Assembly (NCBI GenBank): GCA_030537355.1
Contig: JAUNNF010000009.1
Span: 11,451 to 35,450, forward strand
Source of the DNA: Coriobacteriia bacterium
GTDB taxonomy: Bacteria > Actinomycetota > Coriobacteriia > Coriobacteriales > Eggerthellaceae
Direction: 5' to 3'
Length of the DNA: 24,000 nucleotides
Shown: positions 17,000 to 24,000 of the stretch, piece after piece
How the letters are laid out: the number at the start of each line of letters is the position of its first letter
How positions within the stretch are numbered: position 1 is the stretch's first letter
The notes under the pieces: model-generated
The model's input: only the letters and a program-made list of their open reading frames with translations
Database searches by the model: none
Told to the model about the DNA's origin: nothing
Position numbers and translations under genes: made by a program

Positions 17000-17590
17000 T
17001 TATAGATTACCTGAATATACCGATAAGCCATGCTTAATACAATAAACAAATAGTTTGCCACCGGTAGTTATAGGAAACCTACAAGTTGAACTTTGTTCTG
17101 GGTACAAGCGATTTAAAAATACTCTGTCACTTTTAACACAGGCCACAAAAGAAAGATAATGATCTTTGGTCATTGGATGGTCAAAAGTGACAAAGTAATC
17201 AGTATCTATTTCCTCTACCGTGATTTTTGGTGCAATAGTTGCAACAGTAGGCAAGATACGTTCTAACTTTCTTCCGCAGCAGAAGATAGAGGCACTTCCT
17301 GTGCTCACCAAAATATTTCCACAGGAAGGACAGACGTAAAAACGTACTTTATCAATATTGCCGCTATCCGGCTTATTTGGTGTGATTTCACCCTCCATCA
17401 TCTGTTTCATATCAACACCCAAAATAGTAGATAGTTCTGGCCACAGCGATAGGTCAGGACATCCTAAACCACATTCCCATTTTGAAACAGTTTTATTTTG
17501 AATACCCAGTGCATCTGCAATATTTCTCTGGGTAAGTTTTTTTTCCTTTCGTAGCTTGGCAATTAAATTGCCTATTTTCACACAGTCCAT
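17000..17590 (-). CDS. XRE-family HTH regulator fused to a desulfoferrodoxin-like (desulforedoxin plus SOR-like) domain
   Basis: GGAGGTG Shine-Dalgarno before the internal Met (MDCVKIGNL...); the track's 20 extra codons are unlikely. HTH: KLTQRNIADALGIQNKTVSKWECG. Dx-type Cys4: CPSCGN...FCCG. SOR-type motifs: DHPMTKDHYLSFV and YCIKHG. Confidence 0.8.
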   Translation of the reverse strand: MDCVKIGNLIAKLRKEKKLTQRNIADALGIQNKTVSKWECGLGCPDLSLWPELSTILGVDMKQMMEGEITPNKPDSGNIDKVRFYVCPSCGNILVSTGSASIFCCGRKLERILPTVATIAPKITVEEIDTDYFVTFDHPMTKDHYLSFVACVKSDRVFLNRLYPEQSSTCRFPITTGGKLFVYCIKHGLSVYSGNL

Positions 17591-17786
17591 GCCGCCACCT
17601 CCATTTCTTTTTGTATCCATCATTTTCACCTTGACTCTAGTATAAAACAATGTATCTCAAAATATAATCCACGCTCCGTAGACTACATGAATCCAGAATT
17701 ATCCAATAGACAGTATTTTATAAAAAATAGTAGCTTGTGCAACTTGCCGTTAAGTTTTTCAATTTCCTATATGACATAAGTATTAT

Positions 17787-17833
17787 AAAAACGAAAAGCC
17801 GCCAATCAAGAGCTATTTCCCTAAATCAGCGGC
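17787..17833 (-). terminator. Probable Rho-independent terminator downstream of the integrase remnant
   Basis: On the minus strand, GCCGCTGAT...ATTGGCGGC (imperfect 9-bp stem with a GC-rich base) is followed by TTTTCGTTTTT. Confidence 0.5.
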
Positions 17834-17848
17834 AAGTCTTATATTTAA

Positions 17849-18292
17849 TTATTTATCTCTATTATCAATTATCTCTTCAGGAGTAGTATATTTAAAATTA
17901 ATATACTCTGCTAACATGTCAGCATTAAACTTTAAAGCATTTAATGTAGCAGCTTGATAATTTTTTTCTTTAATACTGCCCCCGCAATGTCTCATCGTCT
18001 TACAAACTATACTATCAACGCATTCAGCTTCAGCACATAATGTTGCATATACTGATCTCATATTACCAAACGGTATATATTTAATGTTGTTTCTATCGCA
18101 ATATTTGCGCCATCTTTTTGTGACAATTAAAGGATTCATGTATTCGTATAACGTCTTTTTGTTTAATCCACAATATTCCTCAAGTCTAAGACCACATATG
18201 CATTTCAGCAGAACAGGAAGTGCCCATTCTGTTCCGTTAACTTTTAAAAGAACCTCTTTTAATTCATTTTTATTGTAAGGTTTTTTTGCTAC
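17849..18292 (-). pseudogene. Tyrosine recombinase/integrase, C-terminal catalytic-domain remnant
   Basis: 148-codon open frame without a plausible start: ...LPVLLKCICGLRLEEYCGL (box I Arg) ... FGNMRSVYATL (HxxR region, His replaced) ... MRHCGGSIKEKNYQ (GH...Y tail). The N-terminal half is missing, and the upstream end overlaps the 3' end of the ATPase gene by 23 nt. Confidence 0.65.
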
Positions 18293-19487
18293 CTAGATTT
18301 AACAACCATTCAGAGGGATCAATAATTTCTATACCATCTATTTCATATTTGGGTTGATAGATTCTTGCTATTAATATTTTTTTATATCCATCTTTTATAT
18401 TCAATAGGGGCTTAAGTTCCCTATTAAGCGTCTTTTCATCAGATATATCATTACTTACCTGAATATACAATTTTTGATTTTGTTTTATTGCAACAAAATC
18501 AACTTCGGTTTTATATAGCTTTCCTACATAGACCTCATAGTTCCTTCGTAATAGCTCTACTGCAATAATATTTTCTAATATACGTCCATAATCTAGATTT
18601 CTTGTACCCAAACGAGCATACTTAAAACTGTGATCACTTAAATAATATTTTTCTTCTTTATTTAAATATTTTTTTCCTCTAATGTCGTATCTTCTGACTT
18701 TATAAAAAGCAAAAGCCTTACATAAGTAATCGATATATTTTCCAATTGTTTTATGGTCAGCTTTTATTCCGTTTGATGCAAGTGTATTTTGTATTTTGCG
18801 TAGTGAGGTTAGATTGCCAATGTTGTCCATTAAATAGTCAACTAATAGATTTAATAATTGTTCGTTTCTTATTCTGTATTTGTTTACAATATCACGAATA
18901 ATTAAAGCATTCAATACTTCCTCATTTAAATATTTCATTCTTCTAGATTTGTTTTTATACAAATAAGATCCAGACATTCCTCCATCAGTCATGTAATTTG
19001 TAAGATTTTGATAGTTATTTTCATTTGGAAAATATGTTGAGTATTCATTAAACGAAAAAGGAAATACGTGAATTTCGTAAGCGCGGCCAACGAATAGAGT
19101 AGCTAAATCACTACTCTGTAAAAATGCATTAGAACCAGATATGTATATGTCAAATTTTTCTTTTGCATGAAGACTATTTATTGCTTTTTCAAAATCCTTA
19201 CACATTTGCACTTCGTCAATAAATATATAGTTATTGACGTTATTGTGAAATTTTGACTCTATTGTATCTTCCAGCTTATGATAGTCTTGAAGGTCTTCAT
19301 ATTTCGTTAGATTAAAATTAATATGAATTATATTAGCATTCTTGTCTTCAAGTTTTATATATTTGATTATTTCTTCTAGTAATTTTGATTTCCCAGAACG
19401 TCTTACGCCAGTTACTATTTTAATGTCAGGTGTGTTAATTACATCTGTGATTTCTTCTAAGTAGTCTTTTCTTTTAATCAGTTTCAT
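18270..19487 (-). CDS. AAA+ ATPase of the COG1373 type (AAA_14 plus DUF4143 architecture)
   Basis: 405 aa. Walker A TGVRRSGKSKL, Walker B YIFIDEVQ. The C-terminal region is typical of DUF4143 proteins, with a restriction-endonuclease-like tail (EVDFV). Confidence 0.8.
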   Translation of the reverse strand: MKLIKRKDYLEEITDVINTPDIKIVTGVRRSGKSKLLEEIIKYIKLEDKNANIIHINFNLTKYEDLQDYHKLEDTIESKFHNNVNNYIFIDEVQMCKDFEKAINSLHAKEKFDIYISGSNAFLQSSDLATLFVGRAYEIHVFPFSFNEYSTYFPNENNYQNLTNYMTDGGMSGSYLYKNKSRRMKYLNEEVLNALIIRDIVNKYRIRNEQLLNLLVDYLMDNIGNLTSLRKIQNTLASNGIKADHKTIGKYIDYLCKAFAFYKVRRYDIRGKKYLNKEEKYYLSDHSFKYARLGTRNLDYGRILENIIAVELLRRNYEVYVGKLYKTEVDFVAIKQNQKLYIQVSNDISDEKTLNRELKPLLNIKDGYKKILIARIYQPKYEIDGIEIIDPSEWLLNLGSKKTLQ

Positions 19488-19526
19488 CTAAGCTCCTTTT
19501 AGCTTGTTGTAGATATTCTACAAAAA

Positions 19527-19567
19527 CTATTCCCCAAAATCAATAAATTTTTAAAATTGGGGAATAG
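19527..19567. promoter_or_regulatory. 11-bp perfect inverted repeat upstream of the ATPase gene (candidate operator)
   Basis: CTATTCCCCAA (19527-19537) and TTGGGGAATAG (19557-19567), separated by 19 nt of AT-rich spacer, 40-80 nt upstream of start codon 19487. Confidence 0.4.
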
Positions 19568-19685
19568 AATAATAGAAAGTAATGTAATAAACTATCTAGC
19601 TTTTATTGAAATATTCTGGAAAATTTTCTTATTGAACAATTATTTCTAAAATAAAATTATATCATCGCGCTTCCTAACGCAAAAT

Positions 19686-19709
19686 GATCTTACACAATTT
19701 TACACACTT
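19686..19709 (+). repeat. Bipartite TTACAC motif, copy D (GATCTTACACAATTTTACACACTT)
   Basis: Same orientation and architecture as A-C. Lies between the ATPase promoter region and tRNA-Gln. Confidence 0.7.
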
Positions 19710-19987
19710 AGGGGGTAATAAAAGCAAATGATATAGTTTTTTTTGTACATTTATAAGTAAATATTTTTTAAATATTGTCAGAAAATATGCTTTTAGATGG
19801 GGTTATTATAATAGATACTAATTTTGGTATTTAGTATAAAGCATCAAAATTTGATTTTTTGTTTAGAAAGACTTACGGATTTTTAGTCCGAAGGTCAATA
19901 AAATTGTCATTTTTAAAACCCCTGGTAGAGCTAATTTTTGCTTGGCGCTTTCAGGCGCTTCCAAAACAGAATTTTTGTCCTTTTGAG

Positions 19988-20061
19988 TGGCTGGGGATGC
20001 AGGAATCGAACCCACATAGCCAGTACCAAAAACTGGTGTCCTACCGTTGGACGAATCCCCA
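19988..20061 (-). tRNA. tRNA-Gln (anticodon UUG)
   Basis: 74 nt. Acceptor TGGGGAT/ATCCCCA, G73, CCA encoded. Anticodon arm CCAGT-TTTTGGT-ACTGG. T loop TTCGATT. Confidence 0.9.
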
Positions 20062-20145
20062 AAATTGTGGCTTTTAGCTGGTATGATACTCACCAACTTT
20101 TTCGCCGATAACCTCTCAAAAATCGCAGATTTGCGACTTTCAGAA

Positions 20146-20221
20146 TGGTGGACCGGGGGAGTCTCGAACTCCCGACCTTCGGATTAAAAGTCCGCTGCTC
20201 TGCCAACTGAGCTACCGGTCC
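20146..20221 (-). tRNA. tRNA-Lys (anticodon UUU)
   Basis: 76 nt. GGACCGG/CCGGTCC acceptor, D arm GCTC-AGTTGGCA-GAGC, anticodon loop CTTTTAA, T arm GGGAG-TTCGAGA-CTCCC, A73-CCA. Confidence 0.92.
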
Positions 20222-20228
20222 AAAGTCT

Positions 20229-20303
20229 TGGTGCCCCCTACGGGAATCGAACCCGTATCTCAGGCTTGAAGGGCCCGTGTCCTAACCGTTAGACTAAGGG
20301 GAC
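20229..20303 (-). tRNA. tRNA-Glu (anticodon UUC; position 33 reads C)
   Basis: 75 nt. GTCCCCT/AGGGGGC acceptor, the GTCT..GGAC D arm typical of tRNA-Glu, anticodon stem CGGGC/GCCTG with loop CCTTCAA, T arm ACGGG-TTCGATT-CCCGT, CCA encoded. Confidence 0.8.
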
Positions 20304-20438
20304 AATGCTGTGAATGGTAGGCTACATAAGGGGGCTACGCCTTACATTCACAGCGAAGTGGTATTATACAAAAATTTGTCCATATTGCAACAACATTTTT
20401 GGAAAATTTTAACTTATTTTTATTAACATAATGCACAT

Positions 20439-20527
20439 GCGGGCGTGGCGGAATTGGCAGACGCGTATGGTTCAGGTCCATATGGTGCTTTTGCACTGTG
20501 AAAGTTCAAATCTTTTCGCCCGCACCA
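20439..20527 (+). tRNA. tRNA-Leu (anticodon CAG), class II
   Basis: 89 nt. GCGGGCG/CGCCCGC acceptor, conserved GTGGCGGAATTGGCAGACGCG D region, anticodon arm TATGG-TTCAGGT-CCATA, long variable arm, A73-CCA. Confidence 0.92.
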
Positions 20528-20554
20528 CTATTTTTTGGTAAAATAATCAAGTGT

Positions 20555-21877
20555 ATGAATTTCAAATTCGAAATAGCAAAAATTGTTGCTTCTGCAAGTA
20601 GATTTACTCTTAAAAAAATCCTTAGACGCCCAGGTGGCTTTTATCCAGGAAAACTTGCTTTGCAAATTGACAAGAACATTATTAGTGAATTGTCGGATGT
20701 TATTGATGGCGAGTCTGTTGTAGTCACAGGCACAAATGGAAAGACTAGTGTTACAGCTTTAATAACTGCTTGTTTAGAGAGTGAACGAAACGAGGTTATA
20801 TCAAACAGGACAGGTGCTAATATGGCAAGTGGTGTTGCTGCTGCTATGCTTGAGTACAAAAAGAAGAATCGTAGAGCTAAGACTTATGGAGTATTTGAAG
20901 TTGATGAGATGTGGGTTCATAAGGTTGTTCCTGCCCTGAAAGCTAAATATTTTGTTTTATTAGATTTATTCCCAGATCAGGTAGACCGGATGGGTAGTAT
21001 AGAAAATATTCAAAGGCGCATCAAAGAGGCATTGGACGCGAGTCCTAATACTGTTTTGATTTATAACGCTGATGACCCTAATTGTCAGATAATTGCTGAT
21101 AATTGCAATAATGAATCTGTTTCTTTTGGTATGCATGAGATAATATCTGATGACCAGGAGACTTCTGTTGAATTGTGTCCTAAATGCAATAATAATCTTA
21201 CATATTATATTCATCAATATGCTCAACTTGGTGATTATAAATGTAATAAATGTGGGTTTAACCGTGCAAAACTAGATTATGGAGCTGCAAATATAAGTCT
21301 AAGAACCAATAAACTTAAGTTTAGTGTTGGTAGAACACATTTTAAATCAAACAATGCGGCTGAATATGTAACTTATAACTTAGTTGGATATATTGCATGT
21401 ACTGATTTGTTGGGTTGTAAGCCAACAACAATTTCAAAAATAATAAAAAAACAAAAAAATGATAACGGAAGATTGCAGTATTTCAAAATTAATGGTAAAA
21501 AAGTTATGATTAATTTAGCTAAAAATCCCGCTGGATTTAATCAGAACATTAAATATATGCTTAGCAACATTGGTAAAGAAAAATCATCATGTGCTTTCTT
21601 TGTAAATACAAAAGAGGGCGATGGTCACGATTCTAACTGGTTATATGATGTTTATTTTTCTCGTTTAAAGAATGCCGATAGCTTAAAAGTATTTTACGGG
21701 GGAGACGCAAGCGAGAGATTAGAATCTATTCTTAATGATAATAAGCTACAACCTATACATGTAGAAAATGCACAAGATGTATTAAATAATTCACAAAATT
21801 GCGAGAATGTGTATATAATTGCAAACTATACAGCGATGTTTCCACTGAGAGACGAATTAATGAAGATGGAGAAATAA
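20555..21877 (+). CDS. murT: Lipid II isoglutaminyl synthase subunit MurT (Mur-ligase domain plus DUF1727)
   Basis: [14 protein letters not shown]-loop, Cys4 ribbon CPKCNN...CNKCGF, and [20 protein letters not shown] and [14 protein letters not shown] motifs that parallel S. aureus MurT. ATG 20555 was chosen because the track start 20498 lies inside tRNA-Leu. Confidence 0.88.
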   Translation: MNFKFEIAKIVASASRFTLKKILRRPGGFYPGKLALQIDKNIISELSDVIDGESVVVTGTNGKTSVTALITACLESERNEVISNRTGANMASGVAAAMLEYKKKNRRAKTYGVFEVDEMWVHKVVPALKAKYFVLLDLFPDQVDRMGSIENIQRRIKEALDASPNTVLIYNADDPNCQIIADNCNNESVSFGMHEIISDDQETSVELCPKCNNNLTYYIHQYAQLGDYKCNKCGFNRAKLDYGAANISLRTNKLKFSVGRTHFKSNNAAEYVTYNLVGYIACTDLLGCKPTTISKIIKKQKNDNGRLQYFKINGKKVMINLAKNPAGFNQNIKYMLSNIGKEKSSCAFFVNTKEGDGHDSNWLYDVYFSRLKNADSLKVFYGGDASERLESILNDNKLQPIHVENAQDVLNNSQNCENVYIIANYTAMFPLRDELMKMEK

Positions 21878-23139
21878 TGTTAGACATTAAATTTGTTAGA
21901 GAAAACTTAGAGCTTGTATCAAAGGCTATGAAAAACAGAAATACTGAATTTGATACAGAGAAATTCAAATCGCTTGACGATGCTAGAAGAGCAGCAATAG
22001 CCACAGCTGAAGAGCTTCAGGCAAAACGTAATGCTGCTTCAAAATGCATTGGAGAGCTTTATAAACAAGGCAAGAAAGATGAAGCTGATGCTAAAAAATC
22101 TGAAGTTAAAGAAATAAACGATGAGCTAGAACGCGCTAGTGCGGCTAGAAGTGAAGCAGAATCAGCACTGCGAGATTTTATAATGGCTGTGCCTAATATG
22201 CCTCATGAAACATGTCCTGTAGGTGCTGATGAAGACGATAATGTTGAGGTGAGACGCTGGGGAGATCCTCGTAAATTTGATTTTGAAGCCAAGGCACATT
22301 GGGATATAGGTACTAACTTAAATATCATTGATTTTGAGCGTGGAGTAAAACTTGCTAAGAGTAGATTTTATGTACTACGAGGGGCAGGAGCAAAACTCGA
22401 ACGTGCTCTTATCAACTTTATGAATGATATGCATGAGTCTCGTGGATATACAGAGTATTGGTTGCCAGCCCTAGCTAATGCTAATACTTTGACAGGCACT
22501 GGTCAGCTTCCTAAATTTGAAGAAGATTTGTTTAAGACTACTGATGGGATGTATTTGATCCCAACTGCTGAGGTTCAGCTTACCAACCTGCATGCTGGCG
22601 AGGTTTTATCAGAAGACGACTTGCCACTTAAATATTGTGCTTTTACTCCTTGTTTTAGAAGCGAGGCAGGTGCTGCTGGACGTGATACTCGTGGTATTAT
22701 TAGAGTACACCAGTTTTCAAAAGTTGAAATGGTAAAGTATTCTAAACCAGAAGAGAGTCAAGCAGGGCTTGAAGCAATGGTTGAAGATGCTGAGAATATC
22801 TTGCAGAAGTTAGAACTTCCTTACAGAGTTATTAATTTATGTACTGGCGATATTGGTTTTTCAGCGTCTAAGACATACGACTTGGAAGTTTGGTTGCCAA
22901 GCTATGATGCTTACAAGGAGATTTCTTCTTGTTCTGACTGTTGGGATTTCCAAGCACGTCGTGCAAATATTAAATATAAAGGACAAAATTCTAAGGGTTA
23001 TGTTCATACCTTAAACGGTAGTGGTTTAGCTGTCGGCCGCACAATGGCAGCAATTCTTGAGAACTATCAACAGAGCGATGGAAGTGTTGTTGTGCCTGAA
23101 GTCCTTCGTCCTTATATGAAAACTGAGGTTATAGATTAG
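21877..23139 (+). CDS. serS: Seryl-tRNA synthetase
   Basis: [15 protein letters not shown]-terminus with a coiled-coil arm. Class II motifs [21 protein letters not shown] and [21 protein letters not shown]. The start ATG overlaps the murT stop (TAATG). The track's earlier start at 21799 lies inside murT. Confidence 0.93.
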   Translation: MLDIKFVRENLELVSKAMKNRNTEFDTEKFKSLDDARRAAIATAEELQAKRNAASKCIGELYKQGKKDEADAKKSEVKEINDELERASAARSEAESALRDFIMAVPNMPHETCPVGADEDDNVEVRRWGDPRKFDFEAKAHWDIGTNLNIIDFERGVKLAKSRFYVLRGAGAKLERALINFMNDMHESRGYTEYWLPALANANTLTGTGQLPKFEEDLFKTTDGMYLIPTAEVQLTNLHAGEVLSEDDLPLKYCAFTPCFRSEAGAAGRDTRGIIRVHQFSKVEMVKYSKPEESQAGLEAMVEDAENILQKLELPYRVINLCTGDIGFSASKTYDLEVWLPSYDAYKEISSCSDCWDFQARRANIKYKGQNSKGYVHTLNGSGLAVGRTMAAILENYQQSDGSVVVPEVLRPYMKTEVID

Positions 23140-23197
23140 TGACGAGCAAGACATATCAAAGTTAAACACTGAGGACATTCCGCCTATCACAGATGAA

Positions 23198-23902
23198 ATG
23201 TTAGAAAATTTTGGCGCTAAACCAAAAGTAGATTCTGACTTAGATTCTGTTTGGAAAAATCCTGATTTGACTGAGGATAATTTAGTTAATGCTTCTGTCA
23301 AAAGTGCCAAAGAAGAAGAATCAAAAATTAAGCAAGAAGGCAAAACTGTTGTTGATTTTACTGAGAAAAAACCAAGGAAAAAATTTCCATTATTTAAATT
23401 TATACTTGGAGCTTTGATTATATGCTTAATTGCCCTTATTGCATTTGGTGTTTGGAATAGATGGTTAAAGAGCAACGATAGAGAAGATATTGTTTCCAAT
23501 TGGAAAATTGAAAATACAAACACAAGCATCAATATCGATAAGAAGAAAATTTATCTAGGTCCTAATGCCACTTGCGATTATGAATTAGATACTTTTGCTA
23601 AAGTTATATACATTAAAACTGGAAGTATGCAAGGTACATGTCACTATCGTTTTTCATGGGACAGGTGTCAACTGGCATTTGTAGAAGACGGTGGAGATAA
23701 TGCCATAGCAACAATATTTAGTGATTTAAAGTGGGGATGGGATTCTTTGACTTGCTCTATGAATGGTGTGAATTTGAGTCCTGCTTACACAAAAAATAGC
23801 GATGTTGATACTTCTAATACAGGTATAGATGATATATTAGATAGTGCTACTCAAAAATCCATTTTATTAGATAAGTTAGCTACTAAAAAACCGGATGAGT
23901 AA
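23198..23902 (+). CDS. Hypothetical single-pass membrane protein
   Basis: Acidic/Lys-rich N-terminal region, one TM helix (FPLFKFILGALIICLIALIAFGVW), and a C-terminal domain of about 150 aa with 4 Cys. No recognised family. The start is uncertain because the frame is open from 23135. Confidence 0.6.
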   Translation: MLENFGAKPKVDSDLDSVWKNPDLTEDNLVNASVKSAKEEESKIKQEGKTVVDFTEKKPRKKFPLFKFILGALIICLIALIAFGVWNRWLKSNDREDIVSNWKIENTNTSINIDKKKIYLGPNATCDYELDTFAKVIYIKTGSMQGTCHYRFSWDRCQLAFVEDGGDNAIATIFSDLKWGWDSLTCSMNGVNLSPAYTKNSDVDTSNTGIDDILDSATQKSILLDKLATKKPDE

Positions 23903-24000
23903 TATAAAAGTCTCTAAAATTACTTTTAATAAAACTAGAGTAGTGTGTATTGTTGAATGTGGTGGCAATACAGATAAAGAACTTGCTGCACGTGTACTCG
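23895..24000 (+). CDS. Start of an unidentified ORF running off the window
   Basis: ATG at 23895 overlaps the stop of the preceding gene. MSNIKVSKITFNKTRVVCIVECGGNTDKELAARVL is open to the window end. Confidence 0.35.
   Translation, partial: MSNIKVSKITFNKTRVVCIVECGGNTDKELAARVL

Larger units (their letters stand above)
16464..20145. mobile_element. Decayed integrative element/islet at the tRNA-Lys 3' end
   Basis: Bounded by the tRNA-Lys 3' fragment (16414-16463) and the intact tRNA-Lys (20146-20221). Contains a truncated tyrosine-integrase gene, mosaic base composition, gene fragments and cargo genes. Which side is host and which is element cannot be told from this window. Confidence 0.6.

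Noticed and set aside
19940-19987. GC-containing palindromic stretch (TTGGCGCTTTCAGGCGCTTCCAA) downstream of tRNA-Gln as a terminator
   Set aside because: Only short (4 bp plus 4 bp) interrupted pairing is possible, and on the transcribed (minus) strand it is followed by an A-rich rather than U-rich tract.
19859-20096. ORFs 19859-20077 (+) and 19863-20096 (-)
   Set aside because: Both overlap the intact tRNA-Gln gene and its flank. They are an artefact of an open frame through a structured RNA gene.
20498-20554. Track start of murT at 20498 (MKVQIFSPAPLFFGKIIKC...)
   Set aside because: The first 30 nt lie inside tRNA-Leu (20439-20527). Homology to MurT begins at [11 protein letters not shown], so ATG 20555 was used.
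21799-21876. Track start of serS at 21799
   Set aside because: The extension lies within the murT coding sequence. SerS homology starts at [10 protein letters not shown] (ATG 21877, overlapping the murT stop).
7577-23532. Other antisense track ORFs: 7577-7816, 10224-10637, 10659-10964, 15612-15950, 18084-18278(+), 20641-20859, 20966-21226, 21753-22004 and 23026-23532
   Set aside because: Each lies wholly within, and opposite to, a gene with clear family motifs (lipoprotein, yhfT, yhfW, integrase remnant, murT, serS, membrane protein). None has recognisable motifs or a ribosome-binding site.

Overview
Low-GC, Firmicutes-like chromosomal segment with four parts. (1) 1-7223: a compact selenium-utilisation locus, yedE-like, DUF3343, selA, selB, selC, yedF-like, selD, DUF3343 and a class-V cysteine desulfurase. 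The selC tRNA appears to carry a CUA (UAG-reading) anticodon instead of UCA. (2) 7.3-8.9 kb: a lipoprotein gene, a small membrane-protein gene and a decayed AbiEi-type antitoxin gene. (3) 9.0-16.1 kb: a translationally coupled operon homologous to the uncharacterised E. coli yhfSTU-php-yhfWXY cluster, with one extra short amidase-signature gene. (4) 16.2-20.3 kb: a tRNA-associated accessory patch. It holds a degenerate tRNA-Gln copy plus a 3' fragment of tRNA-Lys, small gene fragments, an XRE-desulfoferrodoxin fusion regulator, an N-terminally truncated tyrosine integrase and a COG1373/DUF4143 ATPase. It ends at the intact tRNA-Gln/Lys/Glu genes. This looks like a decayed integrative element at tRNA-Lys. 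tRNA-Leu, murT (no adjacent gatD), serS and a membrane protein follow. A bipartite TTACAC-type ~22-bp motif recurs at four module borders. All calls rest on reading the sequence and recalled family motifs; no searches were run.
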